DNA of 64,000 nt. Source: an uncultured Spirochaetota bacterium. Lineage in GTDB: Bacteria > Spirochaetota > Spirochaetia > SZUA-6 > Fen-1364. Positions 19,700-28,957 of this stretch are shown here, in pieces. The notes under the pieces are model-generated. The model saw only the letters and a list, made by a program, of their open reading frames with translations, made no database searches and was not told the origin of the DNA. Numbering within the stretch: the stretch's first letter is position 1; each line of letters starts with the position of its first letter. Where the stretch lies: NCBI GenBank assembly GCA_963845535.1, contig CAWJSK010000018.1, positions 119,824 to 183,823 on the forward strand, read 5' to 3'. The translations under genes were made by a program, and so were the position numbers.

Positions 19700-22345
19700 A
19701 TGCACGTCCTTGTTGTGGATGATCACGGCACAAACCGCAAGCTTCTTCGCGTCCAGTTGGAAGCGGAGTCCTTCACTGTCAGCGAGGCTGCGGAAGGACG
19801 GGAAGCGCTCGAGCTGCTGGAGAAGGAGCCCGTTGACGTGGTTGTCTCGGACATCCTCATGCCAGGGATGGACGGCTTTCGCTTCTGCCGCGAGCTGCGA
19901 GCCAACCCGCGCTTGCGCCACCTTCCATTCATCATCTACACGAGCACGTACACATCGGCGGCGGATGAGAAGCTGGCTTTGAAAGCGGGGGCGGACCGAT
20001 TTGTGCGCAAGCCGTGCCCCGCATCCGAGCTGCTGGCCCTGATACGGGACGCCGCCGCCCAGGCAGGCCGGCGCACCCCGCAGCTTTCCCAACTTCCCGA
20101 CGAGCTGGAAGTGACGCGGGAGTACAGCGACGCGCTGGTGAGGAAGCTCGAGCAAAAGAACACCGACCTGCAGCAGGCCGCGGAGGAGATGCAGAGGCAG
20201 CGGGAGTGGCTTCGGGTCACCCTGACCAGCATTGGTGACGCGGTCATTGCCTGCGACCTGGAAGGCTGCGTGACGTTCATCAATCCTGTTGCGGCATCCC
20301 TCACCGGGTGGCCGGTGGAGGAGGCTACAGGTTCTCCCGTGCAGAAAGTGTTCGCCATCATGAACGAAAAGACCCGGCGGCCCGCGGAAGACGTGCTCGG
20401 CCGCGTGCTCTTCGAACGCCGGCCGATCAGCCTCACCAACAATACCGTGCTTCTGGCCCGGGACGGACGGGAGATTCCCATCGAGGACAGCGCAGCGCCC
20501 ATCCTTGACGGGGAGGGAAACACGATCGGCGTGGTCCTGGTCTTTCACGACGTGACGGAAATGCGGCATTCCGCGCGCGAGCGCCAGCTCACCGCCGACT
20601 TTCTGGCGCTCACGAACACCGCGGCTGATTCCACGTCCCTTCTGGAAGATGCGGCCCGGTTTTTCCTGGCACACTCCGGCTGCGCCGCGGTGGGGGTCAG
20701 GATGAAGCAGGGTGACGACTACCCGTACTGCCAGGCGTTCGGGCTCCCCGCGCAATTCGCTGGCGCGGACAACACCCTGCTTGCCGTCACTGCATCAGGC
20801 AAAACGGTCGTCGGGAAGGACGGTGCGCCCGCTTTGCAGTGCATCTGCGGCCGTGTGATCGGCGGCGCCCAGCCCCGGAGCTACTGGACCAACAACCTTT
20901 CCTCAGGGGCGGACGGCGGGCCCCTCCGAGGATTCTGCGGGGAGGCAGGCTACGAATCCATCGCTCTCCTGCCCCTGGTGGTGGGCCCGCAGCGGCTGGG
21001 TCTCCTGCAATTCGCCGACCCGCGGAAAGGAATGTTCTCAACCGCAGGCGTGTCATTTTGGGAGCGGCTTGCCAGCCATCTTGCCGTGGCCCTGGCCAAG
21101 TTCCGCGCGGAGGAAGGCCTTCTGTCCCTCAATGAGACGCTGGAAAGCCGGGTGGCTGAACGCACGGCGCTGGCGGAGAGCAGGTCACACCTGCTGCAGG
21201 CGCTGGCCGTCGAGCTGACCGAGACGGAAGAACGTGAGCGCAGGCGGATTTCCGAGCTTCTCCATGACGACCTTCAGCAGATACTCGTAGGGGCCAGGAT
21301 GCAGGTGCAGGCGCTCATGGGCGCGCATCCGTCCCTTGCGAGCCTTGGAAACGTAGACCGGCTCATCGCGGATTCCATTCAGCAGTCACGCCGCCTCTCT
21401 CACGAGATGAGTCCGGCCCTCTTTCGCACGACAGGGCTGGCGGTCGCGCTGCAGGCGCTTGCCCGGCAGATGCAGGAACACCACGGGCTCAGCGTGGAGC
21501 TGGAAACATCCGAAGCCGGGCCGGGTGAGGACGTAGCGGTCCGGATGCTCGTTTTCCGCTCAATCCAGGAGCTGCTGTTCAACGTCGTGAAGCATGCGCT
21601 GGTCAAGACCGCCCTCGTCCGGCTGGAGCGCGCGGATGGTTGCCTGACCGTTTCCGTGACCGACAACGGGAAAGGGTTCGATGTAGCAGCCGTCGGCTCA
21701 TCCTCGGAAAAAACCACGGGGCTCGGCTTGCTCAGCATCAAGGAACGCGTCCATGCCATGGGAGGCGCGTTCACCATTGAGAGCAGCCCCGGGACGGGAA
21801 GCACGCTCACCTTGTCCATTCCCCTGAGCCTGTCGGACCCACCGTCCCGGCCGCAGGAGGGAAGATCCTCTGCTCCAGCGGCGGGGGCAACAACGGCAGC
21901 ATCAGCAGCCGCCCGGGTTTCGAGGGCGCAAGCGCCCCAGGGGGCGGAGGTTGCCGGCCGGGAGACGCCTCACGCCGCGTTTCGCGTGTTGTTCGTTGAC
22001 GACCACGACCTGATGAGGCGGGGGATGATCGAGCTGATCTGCCTGCAGCCCGGCATTTCGGTGGTGGGGGAAGCGTCCAACGGGATGGAAGCCATCGAGA
22101 AGGCCCGGGAGCTGCGGCCTGACGTCATCGTGATGGACGTATCCATGCCCCGCATGGACGGGATCGAAGCCACGCGCCGGATCAAGTCGGAGCAGCCAGC
22201 GGTGCGCATCATCGGGCTCTCGATGTTCGAGGGGGAAGAGGTGGGCAGGCGCATGTGCGAGGCGGGAGCCGAAACCTTCGTCATGAAGTCAGGTTCCGTT
22301 GACGCCCTCGTGAAAGTGATCTTCGGGCCTGGCGACGACCCATAG
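19700..22345 (+). CDS. Hybrid sensor kinase REC-PAS-GAF-HisKA_3-HATPase-REC
   Basis: N-terminal REC, PAS SIGDAVI, HisKA_3 ERRRISELLHDDLQQ, DNGKGF and a C-terminal NarL-type REC. Confidence 0.9.
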   Translation: MHVLVVDDHGTNRKLLRVQLEAESFTVSEAAEGREALELLEKEPVDVVVSDILMPGMDGFRFCRELRANPRLRHLPFIIYTSTYTSAADEKLALKAGADRFVRKPCPASELLALIRDAAAQAGRRTPQLSQLPDELEVTREYSDALVRKLEQKNTDLQQAAEEMQRQREWLRVTLTSIGDAVIACDLEGCVTFINPVAASLTGWPVEEATGSPVQKVFAIMNEKTRRPAEDVLGRVLFERRPISLTNNTVLLARDGREIPIEDSAAPILDGEGNTIGVVLVFHDVTEMRHSARERQLTADFLALTNTAADSTSLLEDAARFFLAHSGCAAVGVRMKQGDDYPYCQAFGLPAQFAGADNTLLAVTASGKTVVGKDGAPALQCICGRVIGGAQPRSYWTNNLSSGADGGPLRGFCGEAGYESIALLPLVVGPQRLGLLQFADPRKGMFSTAGVSFWERLASHLAVALAKFRAEEGLLSLNETLESRVAERTALAESRSHLLQALAVELTETEERERRRISELLHDDLQQILVGARMQVQALMGAHPSLASLGNVDRLIADSIQQSRRLSHEMSPALFRTTGLAVALQALARQMQEHHGLSVELETSEAGPGEDVAVRMLVFRSIQELLFNVVKHALVKTALVRLERADGCLTVSVTDNGKGFDVAAVGSSSEKTTGLGLLSIKERVHAMGGAFTIESSPGTGSTLTLSIPLSLSDPPSRPQEGRSSAPAAGATTAASAAARVSRAQAPQGAEVAGRETPHAAFRVLFVDDHDLMRRGMIELICLQPGISVVGEASNGMEAIEKARELRPDVIVMDVSMPRMDGIEATRRIKSEQPAVRIIGLSMFEGEEVGRRMCEAGAETFVMKSGSVDALVKVIFGPGDDP

Positions 22346-22400
22346 AGCGCAGCCATCGCTTCAAAATCCGGAGCTAGCCTTCCGGACATAGCCTCCTGGA

Positions 22401-22457
22401 CCTGTCGGAAACGCAAATTTCCCAAGGCAAACTTTGGAAATTTGCGGTTTCGATAGG
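22401..22457. terminator. Long imperfect hairpin between convergent genes, probable bidirectional terminator
   Basis: cctgtcg-gaaa-cgcaaatttcc ... ggaaatttgcg-gtttc-gatagg arms with a perfect 11-bp core. Confidence 0.5.
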
Positions 22458-22477
22458 GTGAGGTGTGATAACGCGAC

Positions 22478-23128
22478 CTACGTGATGCCATGGGGTGGCG
22501 CCCAGACCTTCAGGTCCAAGCCTTCCAGGAGAACCGCCCGCCCTTCGCATTTGACCACAACGGCCGAATGGACCTTCTGCATCATGCACTCTGCCGGCAG
22601 GAAACGCACGGTCTGCCCCACGAAGGGCAGGTTCCCTTCCACGGTTCCCTCGAAGCCGATCACCATGCACAGTCCGATGTCGGTGAAGTGAAAGCCCGTG
22701 TCCCCCAGGCGATGTCGGGGGCCCACGATGTGGACGACGAGGAGCCCGTCTCTCTTGGCGATGATCCGCGCGAAGTGCGTGATGGGACATCCCAGGGGAC
22801 GGTAGCGTATCACGTCTCCCACGCCCAGATCTGGCGCGGCGAGCGGGAAAAGGATCTCCCGGCAGGACGGCTCTCCGCTCAAAGGCGCAAGGACGAAGTC
22901 CGCTTCGTAGCCGTCGATGAGGCCGATGACAACCGCGTCCCTCGCGGCTGAACCGGGAAGGGCCTGCTCGAGCCGGGCCTTGTTCTCCTTGTAGCGTTCC
23001 TGCGTGAGGACTGCGCACGCCGCAAGCTCCGCCGTGCGCTTCTGGAGGGCGGCCGCAAACTCGTCGCAGCGCTGGTATCCGCAGCCGCCGCAGTTGTGCC
23101 CCGGGAGGTGACGGCTCAGTTTCTCCAT
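22478..23128 (-). CDS. Putative Fe-S cluster-binding protein (N-terminal FeS domain)
   Basis: LPG-x-NCGGCGY-x-x-C...C motif of the RnfB/AcsC-type FeS domain, plus further Cys/His motifs (CRE, GCPITH, CMMQKVH). Confidence 0.8.
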   Translation of the reverse strand: MEKLSRHLPGHNCGGCGYQRCDEFAAALQKRTAELAACAVLTQERYKENKARLEQALPGSAARDAVVIGLIDGYEADFVLAPLSGEPSCREILFPLAAPDLGVGDVIRYRPLGCPITHFARIIAKRDGLLVVHIVGPRHRLGDTGFHFTDIGLCMVIGFEGTVEGNLPFVGQTVRFLPAECMMQKVHSAVVVKCEGRAVLLEGLDLKVWAPPHGIT

Positions 23129-23131
23129 GGC

Positions 23132-23833
23132 TTATTCTCCCGCGAAGCTCTGCAATCCGTCGATGCGGCGCAGGATGCCGCGGTGGTGCTCCCGCGCAAC
23201 ACGGGTCTCACCCGCGCAGAGCGTGCACACCGAAAGGGGTGCGGTGTGCCGAAGGCGTTCACTCTCCAGGGAAACCTCCGCGGCGCTTGAAAGCCGGGCG
23301 GCAATCTCCGCGGCCCCCTGTCCGCTCAGGCCGTTGACGTTCACCAGCTCCGCCCCGGGGTTCATTTCCAGGAGGCGTTCCCGGAATATCTCCCGCTCCG
23401 CCTGGGAGATCATGTCTCCCTTCGTGATCACGATGACATTGGCCGTGCTGAGCAGGGGGCCCACCTTGAGCGGCGTATTGGGGCCCGAGGTTGCGTCGAT
23501 CACGCACACCCCCAGGCAGCCGGTGGTGTACGGGGCGCAACGATGGCAGAGACCCGCGGTCTCAATGATGAGAAGCTCCGTGGCGCGCGCCTGCGCCCAT
23601 TCCAGGAGCTCTTCGAGGTTGTAGATGGTGAAATGGTCCGGGCACACGTCCTTGGCAAGGCCCACGAGCGTCGGGACCGCAAGCCGGGCAAAACGCTCGT
23701 CATCATCCGTGGCCAGGCAGTCGATCTTGACCAGGGAGATGGCGGCGCCTCTCTGCTTCAGGAGCCTCACCGCGTGGACGAGCACCGAGGTCTTGCCGGA
23801 CCCCGCCGTGCCGGCGACGATTGCCAGCTTCAT
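23132..23833 (-). CDS. G3E-family (HypB/UreG/CobW-like) P-loop GTPase
   Basis: [30 protein letters not shown] and a C-terminal CTLC. Confidence 0.85.
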   Translation of the reverse strand: MKLAIVAGTAGSGKTSVLVHAVRLLKQRGAAISLVKIDCLATDDDERFARLAVPTLVGLAKDVCPDHFTIYNLEELLEWAQARATELLIIETAGLCHRCAPYTTGCLGVCVIDATSGPNTPLKVGPLLSTANVIVITKGDMISQAEREIFRERLLEMNPGAELVNVNGLSGQGAAEIAARLSSAAEVSLESERLRHTAPLSVCTLCAGETRVAREHHRGILRRIDGLQSFAGE

Positions 23834-24621
23834 ACGGTGGTTTCCGCCCATTCGGCAAGCGGGTCGGTCACGTCCTCGATCTGCTCGCCGTGGCGGACGC
23901 TCTCACGCAACCGCAGCATCCATTCGTCAATACGCCTGAGCCGCCGGGACACCGTCTTTTCCCCGCTCGTTGTGTCGACCACCTTGGCCATGCCGCCGGT
24001 TCTCATGATTATCCGCCGCTCCGTCATGAGCGCGAGCACGGGATCATGGGTCACGACGAGGATGATCTTCCCATAGCCGGCAAGGAGCCGAAGGGCGTCA
24101 TGCTTCTTGATACCGGCGTTCTCGATCTCATCCACCAGGACGATGGGGGAGTTGCTGATGATGGCCACGTCCGCCACCATCAGCGCGCGTGACTGGCCGC
24201 CGCTCAGGACGGTCAGCTCGTCGGTTTCCCCGATAGGCTCTCCCGTCAGAGCGTTGGCCGTGGCGATCACCTCCGTGATCCTGGCGGGATCCACGCGGCG
24301 GCACTTCGCATGAAGCCGCAGGAAGTCCACCACCGTCATGCTGGCCAGGAAGTTCATGTTCTGGGAGAGCTGTGCGACGATCTTCGTGTTCGGGTTTGTC
24401 CGCACGGCATGGGAGGGAGCCGCTCCGTTGACCAGCACGGACCTTCCGGTTGCCGTGTCAGCCTGCGCAAGCTGCTCGATATCAGCGATAAGAGAGCTTT
24501 TGCCGCTCCCGGTAGGCCCCACCACTCCCACGATCTCCCCGCGGCATATCTCGATCTCCCGGACGCTTTCCGGAGCGCCGGATTTGTCAAAGCCTCCCCG
24601 TATCATGAGCGTTTCTATCAT
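23830..24621 (-). CDS. Stand-alone ABC-family ATPase
   Basis: [18 protein letters not shown] and VTHD motifs; its stop overlaps the GTPase start. Confidence 0.88.
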   Translation of the reverse strand: MIETLMIRGGFDKSGAPESVREIEICRGEIVGVVGPTGSGKSSLIADIEQLAQADTATGRSVLVNGAAPSHAVRTNPNTKIVAQLSQNMNFLASMTVVDFLRLHAKCRRVDPARITEVIATANALTGEPIGETDELTVLSGGQSRALMVADVAIISNSPIVLVDEIENAGIKKHDALRLLAGYGKIILVVTHDPVLALMTERRIIMRTGGMAKVVDTTSGEKTVSRRLRRIDEWMLRLRESVRHGEQIEDVTDPLAEWAETTV

Positions 24622-24779
24622 GGAACAACTAGGGGACACGGCGGCACATGAATGTCAACAGAAAGCGCGCGAGCGGGAGCAAATGCGGCTTTCGGACGCG
24701 CATTTCACCGTCATATCCGCCGGCCCGTGCGGCGGGAGAACTCTCCGGATGAACATTTGAGCCAGATATCCGGTTTATC

Positions 24780-27605
24780 TCATGCCCGCTCCCGACGAGA
24801 TTTGGGCCTGTCCAGGACGGCCCGTACCTTGCCGAGCAGGGCGGTGCCATCAAGGGGCTTCTGGATGAACTCCACTCCCGGGTCGAGGACCCCGTTATGC
24901 ACGATGGCGTCTTCGGTGTAGCCGGAAATGAACAGCACTCCGACGGACGGGCACTGTTTGCTCACCCTGCGCGCCACTTCGCTGCCGTCCATACCGGGCA
25001 TGACCACGTCCGTCACGAGGAGGTCCACCGGCTGTCGTGATGCGCCGAGTTTCTCCAGGGCCTCCTCTCCGTTGCCTGCCGGGATGACCGAATATCCCCC
25101 CGACTCAAGGATGGCCGCCGTGAGCCGGCGGACGGCTTCATCATCCTCCACGAGCATGATCAGCTCGGTCCCGCGGACGGGCTTCGGTGCCGTCTCCCGT
25201 GCGGACCGCAGGCTCAGCGGCTCTCCGCTCGCGCGGGGGAGGTAGATCTTGAACGTCGTGCCTTTGCCGACCTCGCTGTAGCAGAACACGTATCCTTCGC
25301 TCTGTTTGACGATGCCGTACACGGTGGAAAGGCCCAGGCCCGTCCCTTTGCCGATTTCCTTTGTCGTGAAGAACGGCTCGAACAGGCGGCTCTGCACCTC
25401 CGGAGCCATCCCGGACCCGGTGTCGCTGACGGCCAGAAGGACGTAGTCCCCCTTTCTCACGGCGATGTGCTCGCTCGAATAGTCCTCATTGAGGATGACG
25501 TTGGAGGTTTCGATGGACAGAACCCCGCCTTCCGGCATGGCATCCCGCGCGTTCACGCACAGGTTCATCACGACCTGCTCGATCCTCCCCTGGTCCGCAA
25601 GGATGCTCCACACGTCCTCCGGGCGGTGGACGTGGACGTCCACGTCCTCTCCGAGCAGGCGCTTGAGCATCTCCTCCATCCCGGCGACCAGCTCGCCGAG
25701 GTTCAGCACGCGGGGCTGGAGTATCTGCTTGCGGCTGAAGGCCAGGAGCTGCGACGTCAGGGTGGCCGCGCGACGCGTTGCGCGCTTGATCTCATGCAGG
25801 TCGTTCTGGAGGTCCGCTCCGATTGCCGTTCGTCCCAGGGCCATTTCCGAGAAACCGTTGATCACGGTGAGGAGGTTGTTGAAATCATGGGCAATTCCCC
25901 CCGCGAGCCTCCCCACCGCCTCCATTTTCTGCGACTGTTGAAGCTGCTCCTGGAGCTTCTTCTGTTCCTGCTCGGCGCGAAAGCGCTCGGTGACGTCCTC
26001 CACGAAGCCCTCCAGCTCGGTGCCCCGGTTGTTTGAGCTGCCATAGGTCCGAATGCTGAGTTTGGCGTTGCCTGCCTGGCCGTCCTTGCGACGGTAACGG
26101 TCCGTGAACTGGACCCAGCCGCCCCTGGCGGCGGCAACCTCCTGGATGACGCGGGCCCGCGTCTCACGGTTTTCGTAGATGACATCCGCGAGGCTGGTCC
26201 TGTTCACAGTCTCGATCAGCTCCTCGGGGGACGCGTACCCGAAGATCCTGGCCACCGCCGGATTTGCCCGCAGGAGCTTCCCGTCAATGGTGGAGTGGAA
26301 GACCCCGAAGGGGGCGTTGGTGAACATGTTGCGGAAATGCTCCTCACTCTGCTCGAGGGCCTCCTCCACGCATCTGCGCTCCGTGATGTCGCGCGACACG
26401 CCGAACGTCCCGATGACGTTGCCGACGCCGTCCCGTAGCGGCATCTTGGTTGTGGACATCCACGTGTCAGGCTGTCCGGGCCGGGTCACTTTTTCCACCG
26501 TGTCGATGACGGGTTTCCCCGTGCGGATGATGTGCTGCTCGTCTGCGTACGCTTTCAGCGCGTGCTCTCGGGAGAAGAAATCGAAGTCCGTCCTGCCGAG
26601 AAGCTCCTGCGGGCTGCTGCGCCCCAGGAGCTCTGCGTGCGCCTTGTTATTCAGGACGAAACGGCTCTGGAGGTCCTTGAAATAGATGTAGTCCGGGATG
26701 TTCTCCATCAGCGTGACGAGCAGCGTCCGCTCCTCTTCGAGGCGCTGCTTGAGCAGCGTGCTTTCCGTGATGTCCAGCATGGTGCCGAAGGTGCCGACGA
26801 GGCTTCCTGACTCATCCATCTGCGGAACGGCCGTCACCTGGAGGCGCCGCTGCTCCCCGTCCGCCCTGCATATGCTGATTTCATATGAGTCTCTTTTCCC
26901 CTCCCTGCGTCGCGACGTCTGTGCCCGCACCGCGGCATATTCTTCATTGCTCATGAACTCTTTCAGGTTTCGGCCCACGAGCCCGTCCTTCTGCACGCCG
27001 AAGGTCTTTTCCGCGGCCGGGTTGGCGAACGTGATTCCTTCCGAGAGGTCAGCCATGAGGATCCCCGTCTCGAGGTCCTGGACGAGGGAGCGGTACCGCT
27101 CCTCGCTTTCCGCAAGCGCCCGCGCGGCCGCGCGCTCCGTGGTCTGGTCCCGAAACACGAGCACGACGCCCTTGAGGGAGCGGTCGGAGCCGCGGATGGG
27201 GGCGCCGCTGTCCGCTATGGGGCGTTCAGTTCCGTCCCGCGCAATGAGGAGCGTATGGTTGGCCAGGCCCACCACAACGCCCTCCGTCAGGACGCGGCGC
27301 ACGGGATTCTCCATGGGGGCCCGGGTCTCCTCGTTGACGATCTGGAACACCTCGGAGAGATTTCGCCCTCTGGCTTCCGTCTCTTTCCACTTCGTGAGTC
27401 TTTCCGCCGTGGGGTTCATCTGCCTCACGACGCCGAGTGAATCCGTAGAGATCACGGCGTCTCCGATACTGTACAGGGTGGTGCGCAGCTCTTCTTCCCG
27501 ATCAGGCCGGGAGGAGCTGTGGAATGACCGTCGAAGGATCAAGCCCAGCAAGATGGTTGTGCCGGCGAGGAGAACCAGGATGATCATGGTGCCAGGATCC
27601 GGCAT
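24780..27605 (-). CDS. Hybrid PAS histidine kinase/response regulator (TM-4xPAS-HisKA-HATPase-REC)
   Basis: [25 protein letters not shown] and a C-terminal REC TDVVMP. Confidence 0.94.
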   Translation of the reverse strand: MPDPGTMIILVLLAGTTILLGLILRRSFHSSSRPDREEELRTTLYSIGDAVISTDSLGVVRQMNPTAERLTKWKETEARGRNLSEVFQIVNEETRAPMENPVRRVLTEGVVVGLANHTLLIARDGTERPIADSGAPIRGSDRSLKGVVLVFRDQTTERAAARALAESEERYRSLVQDLETGILMADLSEGITFANPAAEKTFGVQKDGLVGRNLKEFMSNEEYAAVRAQTSRRREGKRDSYEISICRADGEQRRLQVTAVPQMDESGSLVGTFGTMLDITESTLLKQRLEEERTLLVTLMENIPDYIYFKDLQSRFVLNNKAHAELLGRSSPQELLGRTDFDFFSREHALKAYADEQHIIRTGKPVIDTVEKVTRPGQPDTWMSTTKMPLRDGVGNVIGTFGVSRDITERRCVEEALEQSEEHFRNMFTNAPFGVFHSTIDGKLLRANPAVARIFGYASPEELIETVNRTSLADVIYENRETRARVIQEVAAARGGWVQFTDRYRRKDGQAGNAKLSIRTYGSSNNRGTELEGFVEDVTERFRAEQEQKKLQEQLQQSQKMEAVGRLAGGIAHDFNNLLTVINGFSEMALGRTAIGADLQNDLHEIKRATRRAATLTSQLLAFSRKQILQPRVLNLGELVAGMEEMLKRLLGEDVDVHVHRPEDVWSILADQGRIEQVVMNLCVNARDAMPEGGVLSIETSNVILNEDYSSEHIAVRKGDYVLLAVSDTGSGMAPEVQSRLFEPFFTTKEIGKGTGLGLSTVYGIVKQSEGYVFCYSEVGKGTTFKIYLPRASGEPLSLRSARETAPKPVRGTELIMLVEDDEAVRRLTAAILESGGYSVIPAGNGEEALEKLGASRQPVDLLVTDVVMPGMDGSEVARRVSKQCPSVGVLFISGYTEDAIVHNGVLDPGVEFIQKPLDGTALLGKVRAVLDRPKSRRERA

Positions 27606-27715
27606 GAGCGCTCACCTCCGAGAAAAGTGCCCTTGATGAAAGCGCGTACTCTGTGAAATCTTACTCCCCGGGTCAGCTCTTTTTCAATAGATTCGAGTGA
27701 AAGAAGGACGCCAGA

Positions 27716-28849
27716 ATGCAACCTCCGTGGACCAGGAAGATCGATTTCAGTGAAAAGCCCATCTTCGTGTGTTGGGAAACCACAAAGTCCTGCCTCCTCT
27801 CCTGCCGGCACTGCAGGGCCACGGCAATCCGAAGCGGCCTTCCCGGAGAGCTTGATGCGGCAACGGGGCTGCGGCTGATCGACCAGATCGTGGAGTTTTC
27901 CCAGCCGTACCCGGCGCTCCTGTTCACGGGAGGGGATCCCCTCATGCGCCCCGACGTGTTCGACCTGATCCAGCACGCCGCGGAAAAAGGGATCTACACA
28001 GCGGTGGCGGCAAGCGTCACACCCCTGCTGGGAAAAGATCGGCTGGAAAAGATGAAGTCACTCGGCGTGGAAGTGATCTCCGTGAGCCTGGACGGGGCAA
28101 CCGCCTCCGTTCACGACAAGATCCGGGAGATCCCCGGCACGTGGCAAGCCACGCTTGACGCCGTCACCTCCGCCACCTCCTGCGGGCTGCGCCTCCAGGT
28201 GAACACCACCGTCATGAAAAGCAATCTCAGCCAGCTCGCCGACATCTTCCACCTCATTCGGGAGCGGGGCGCCGTTGCCTGGGAGGTGTTCTTTCTTGTC
28301 CGCACCGGCCGTGGCTCGTCTCTCGAGAATCCCGAACCGTGGGAATGCGAGGAAGTAGGGCAGTTTCTCTACGAGTGCACGCAGTATGGAATACCAGTGC
28401 GGACCTCAGAGGGACCCCATTTCAGGCGCATTTCCCTTCAGCGGCAAAAGGACCCAGGCCCTCCCCGGGGGAAACTGTACTCACAGCTTGCCCAGAGGTT
28501 GCGGGAGCTGGAAGGTGAGCCGAAGAATCCCCCGACGGTGAGGCTGAGCGGGACAGGGGACGGCAAGGGAATCATCTTTATTGGCCATGACGGAGAAGTC
28601 TACCCCAGCGGCTTCCTGCCGTTGCCGCTGGGAAACATAAAGAATGAGAGCTTGAAATCGATCTATACATCCAACCCCATGCTCATGGGGCTCCGGGACC
28701 CATCCCGGCTCAAAGGGCGCTGCGGAGCATGCGAATATGCCTCCGTATGCGGCGGATCGCGCTCCCGGGCGTACGCGGAGTCCGAGGATCCGTACCAGGA
28801 AGATCCCGCCTGCATCTATGTCCCCCAGGGCGGAGCCATGCTGGCGTAG
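27716..28849 (+). CDS. Radical SAM/SPASM protein (AhbD/NirJ-like, TIGR04053-type)
   Basis: WETT-x-x-CLLSCRHCRA, FTGGDP, W-x-VFFLV-x-TGRG and SPASM LKGRCGACEY-x-x-x-CGGSR...DPAC. Confidence 0.85.
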   Translation: MQPPWTRKIDFSEKPIFVCWETTKSCLLSCRHCRATAIRSGLPGELDAATGLRLIDQIVEFSQPYPALLFTGGDPLMRPDVFDLIQHAAEKGIYTAVAASVTPLLGKDRLEKMKSLGVEVISVSLDGATASVHDKIREIPGTWQATLDAVTSATSCGLRLQVNTTVMKSNLSQLADIFHLIRERGAVAWEVFFLVRTGRGSSLENPEPWECEEVGQFLYECTQYGIPVRTSEGPHFRRISLQRQKDPGPPRGKLYSQLAQRLRELEGEPKNPPTVRLSGTGDGKGIIFIGHDGEVYPSGFLPLPLGNIKNESLKSIYTSNPMLMGLRDPSRLKGRCGACEYASVCGGSRSRAYAESEDPYQEDPACIYVPQGGAMLA

Positions 28850-28957
28850 GGTTTTTCCCCCTCCCCCGTAAGGGTTTTCACCGATATCCGTTCGTGTTTT
28901 CCCGCAACTAACCTCTTGGAGAAGGGAACGCAGAATGTCCGGAGGAGGGATGAAGTC

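Noticed and set aside
22401..22457. Possible c-di-GMP riboswitch (GGCAAA, GCAAA)
   Set aside because: It forms one simple hairpin between two 3' ends, is not in a 5' leader, and lacks the two-stem architecture.
28861..28887. Sigma28 promoter upstream of the MCP (CCGATAT)
   Set aside because: There is no TAAA -35 element at the required spacing.
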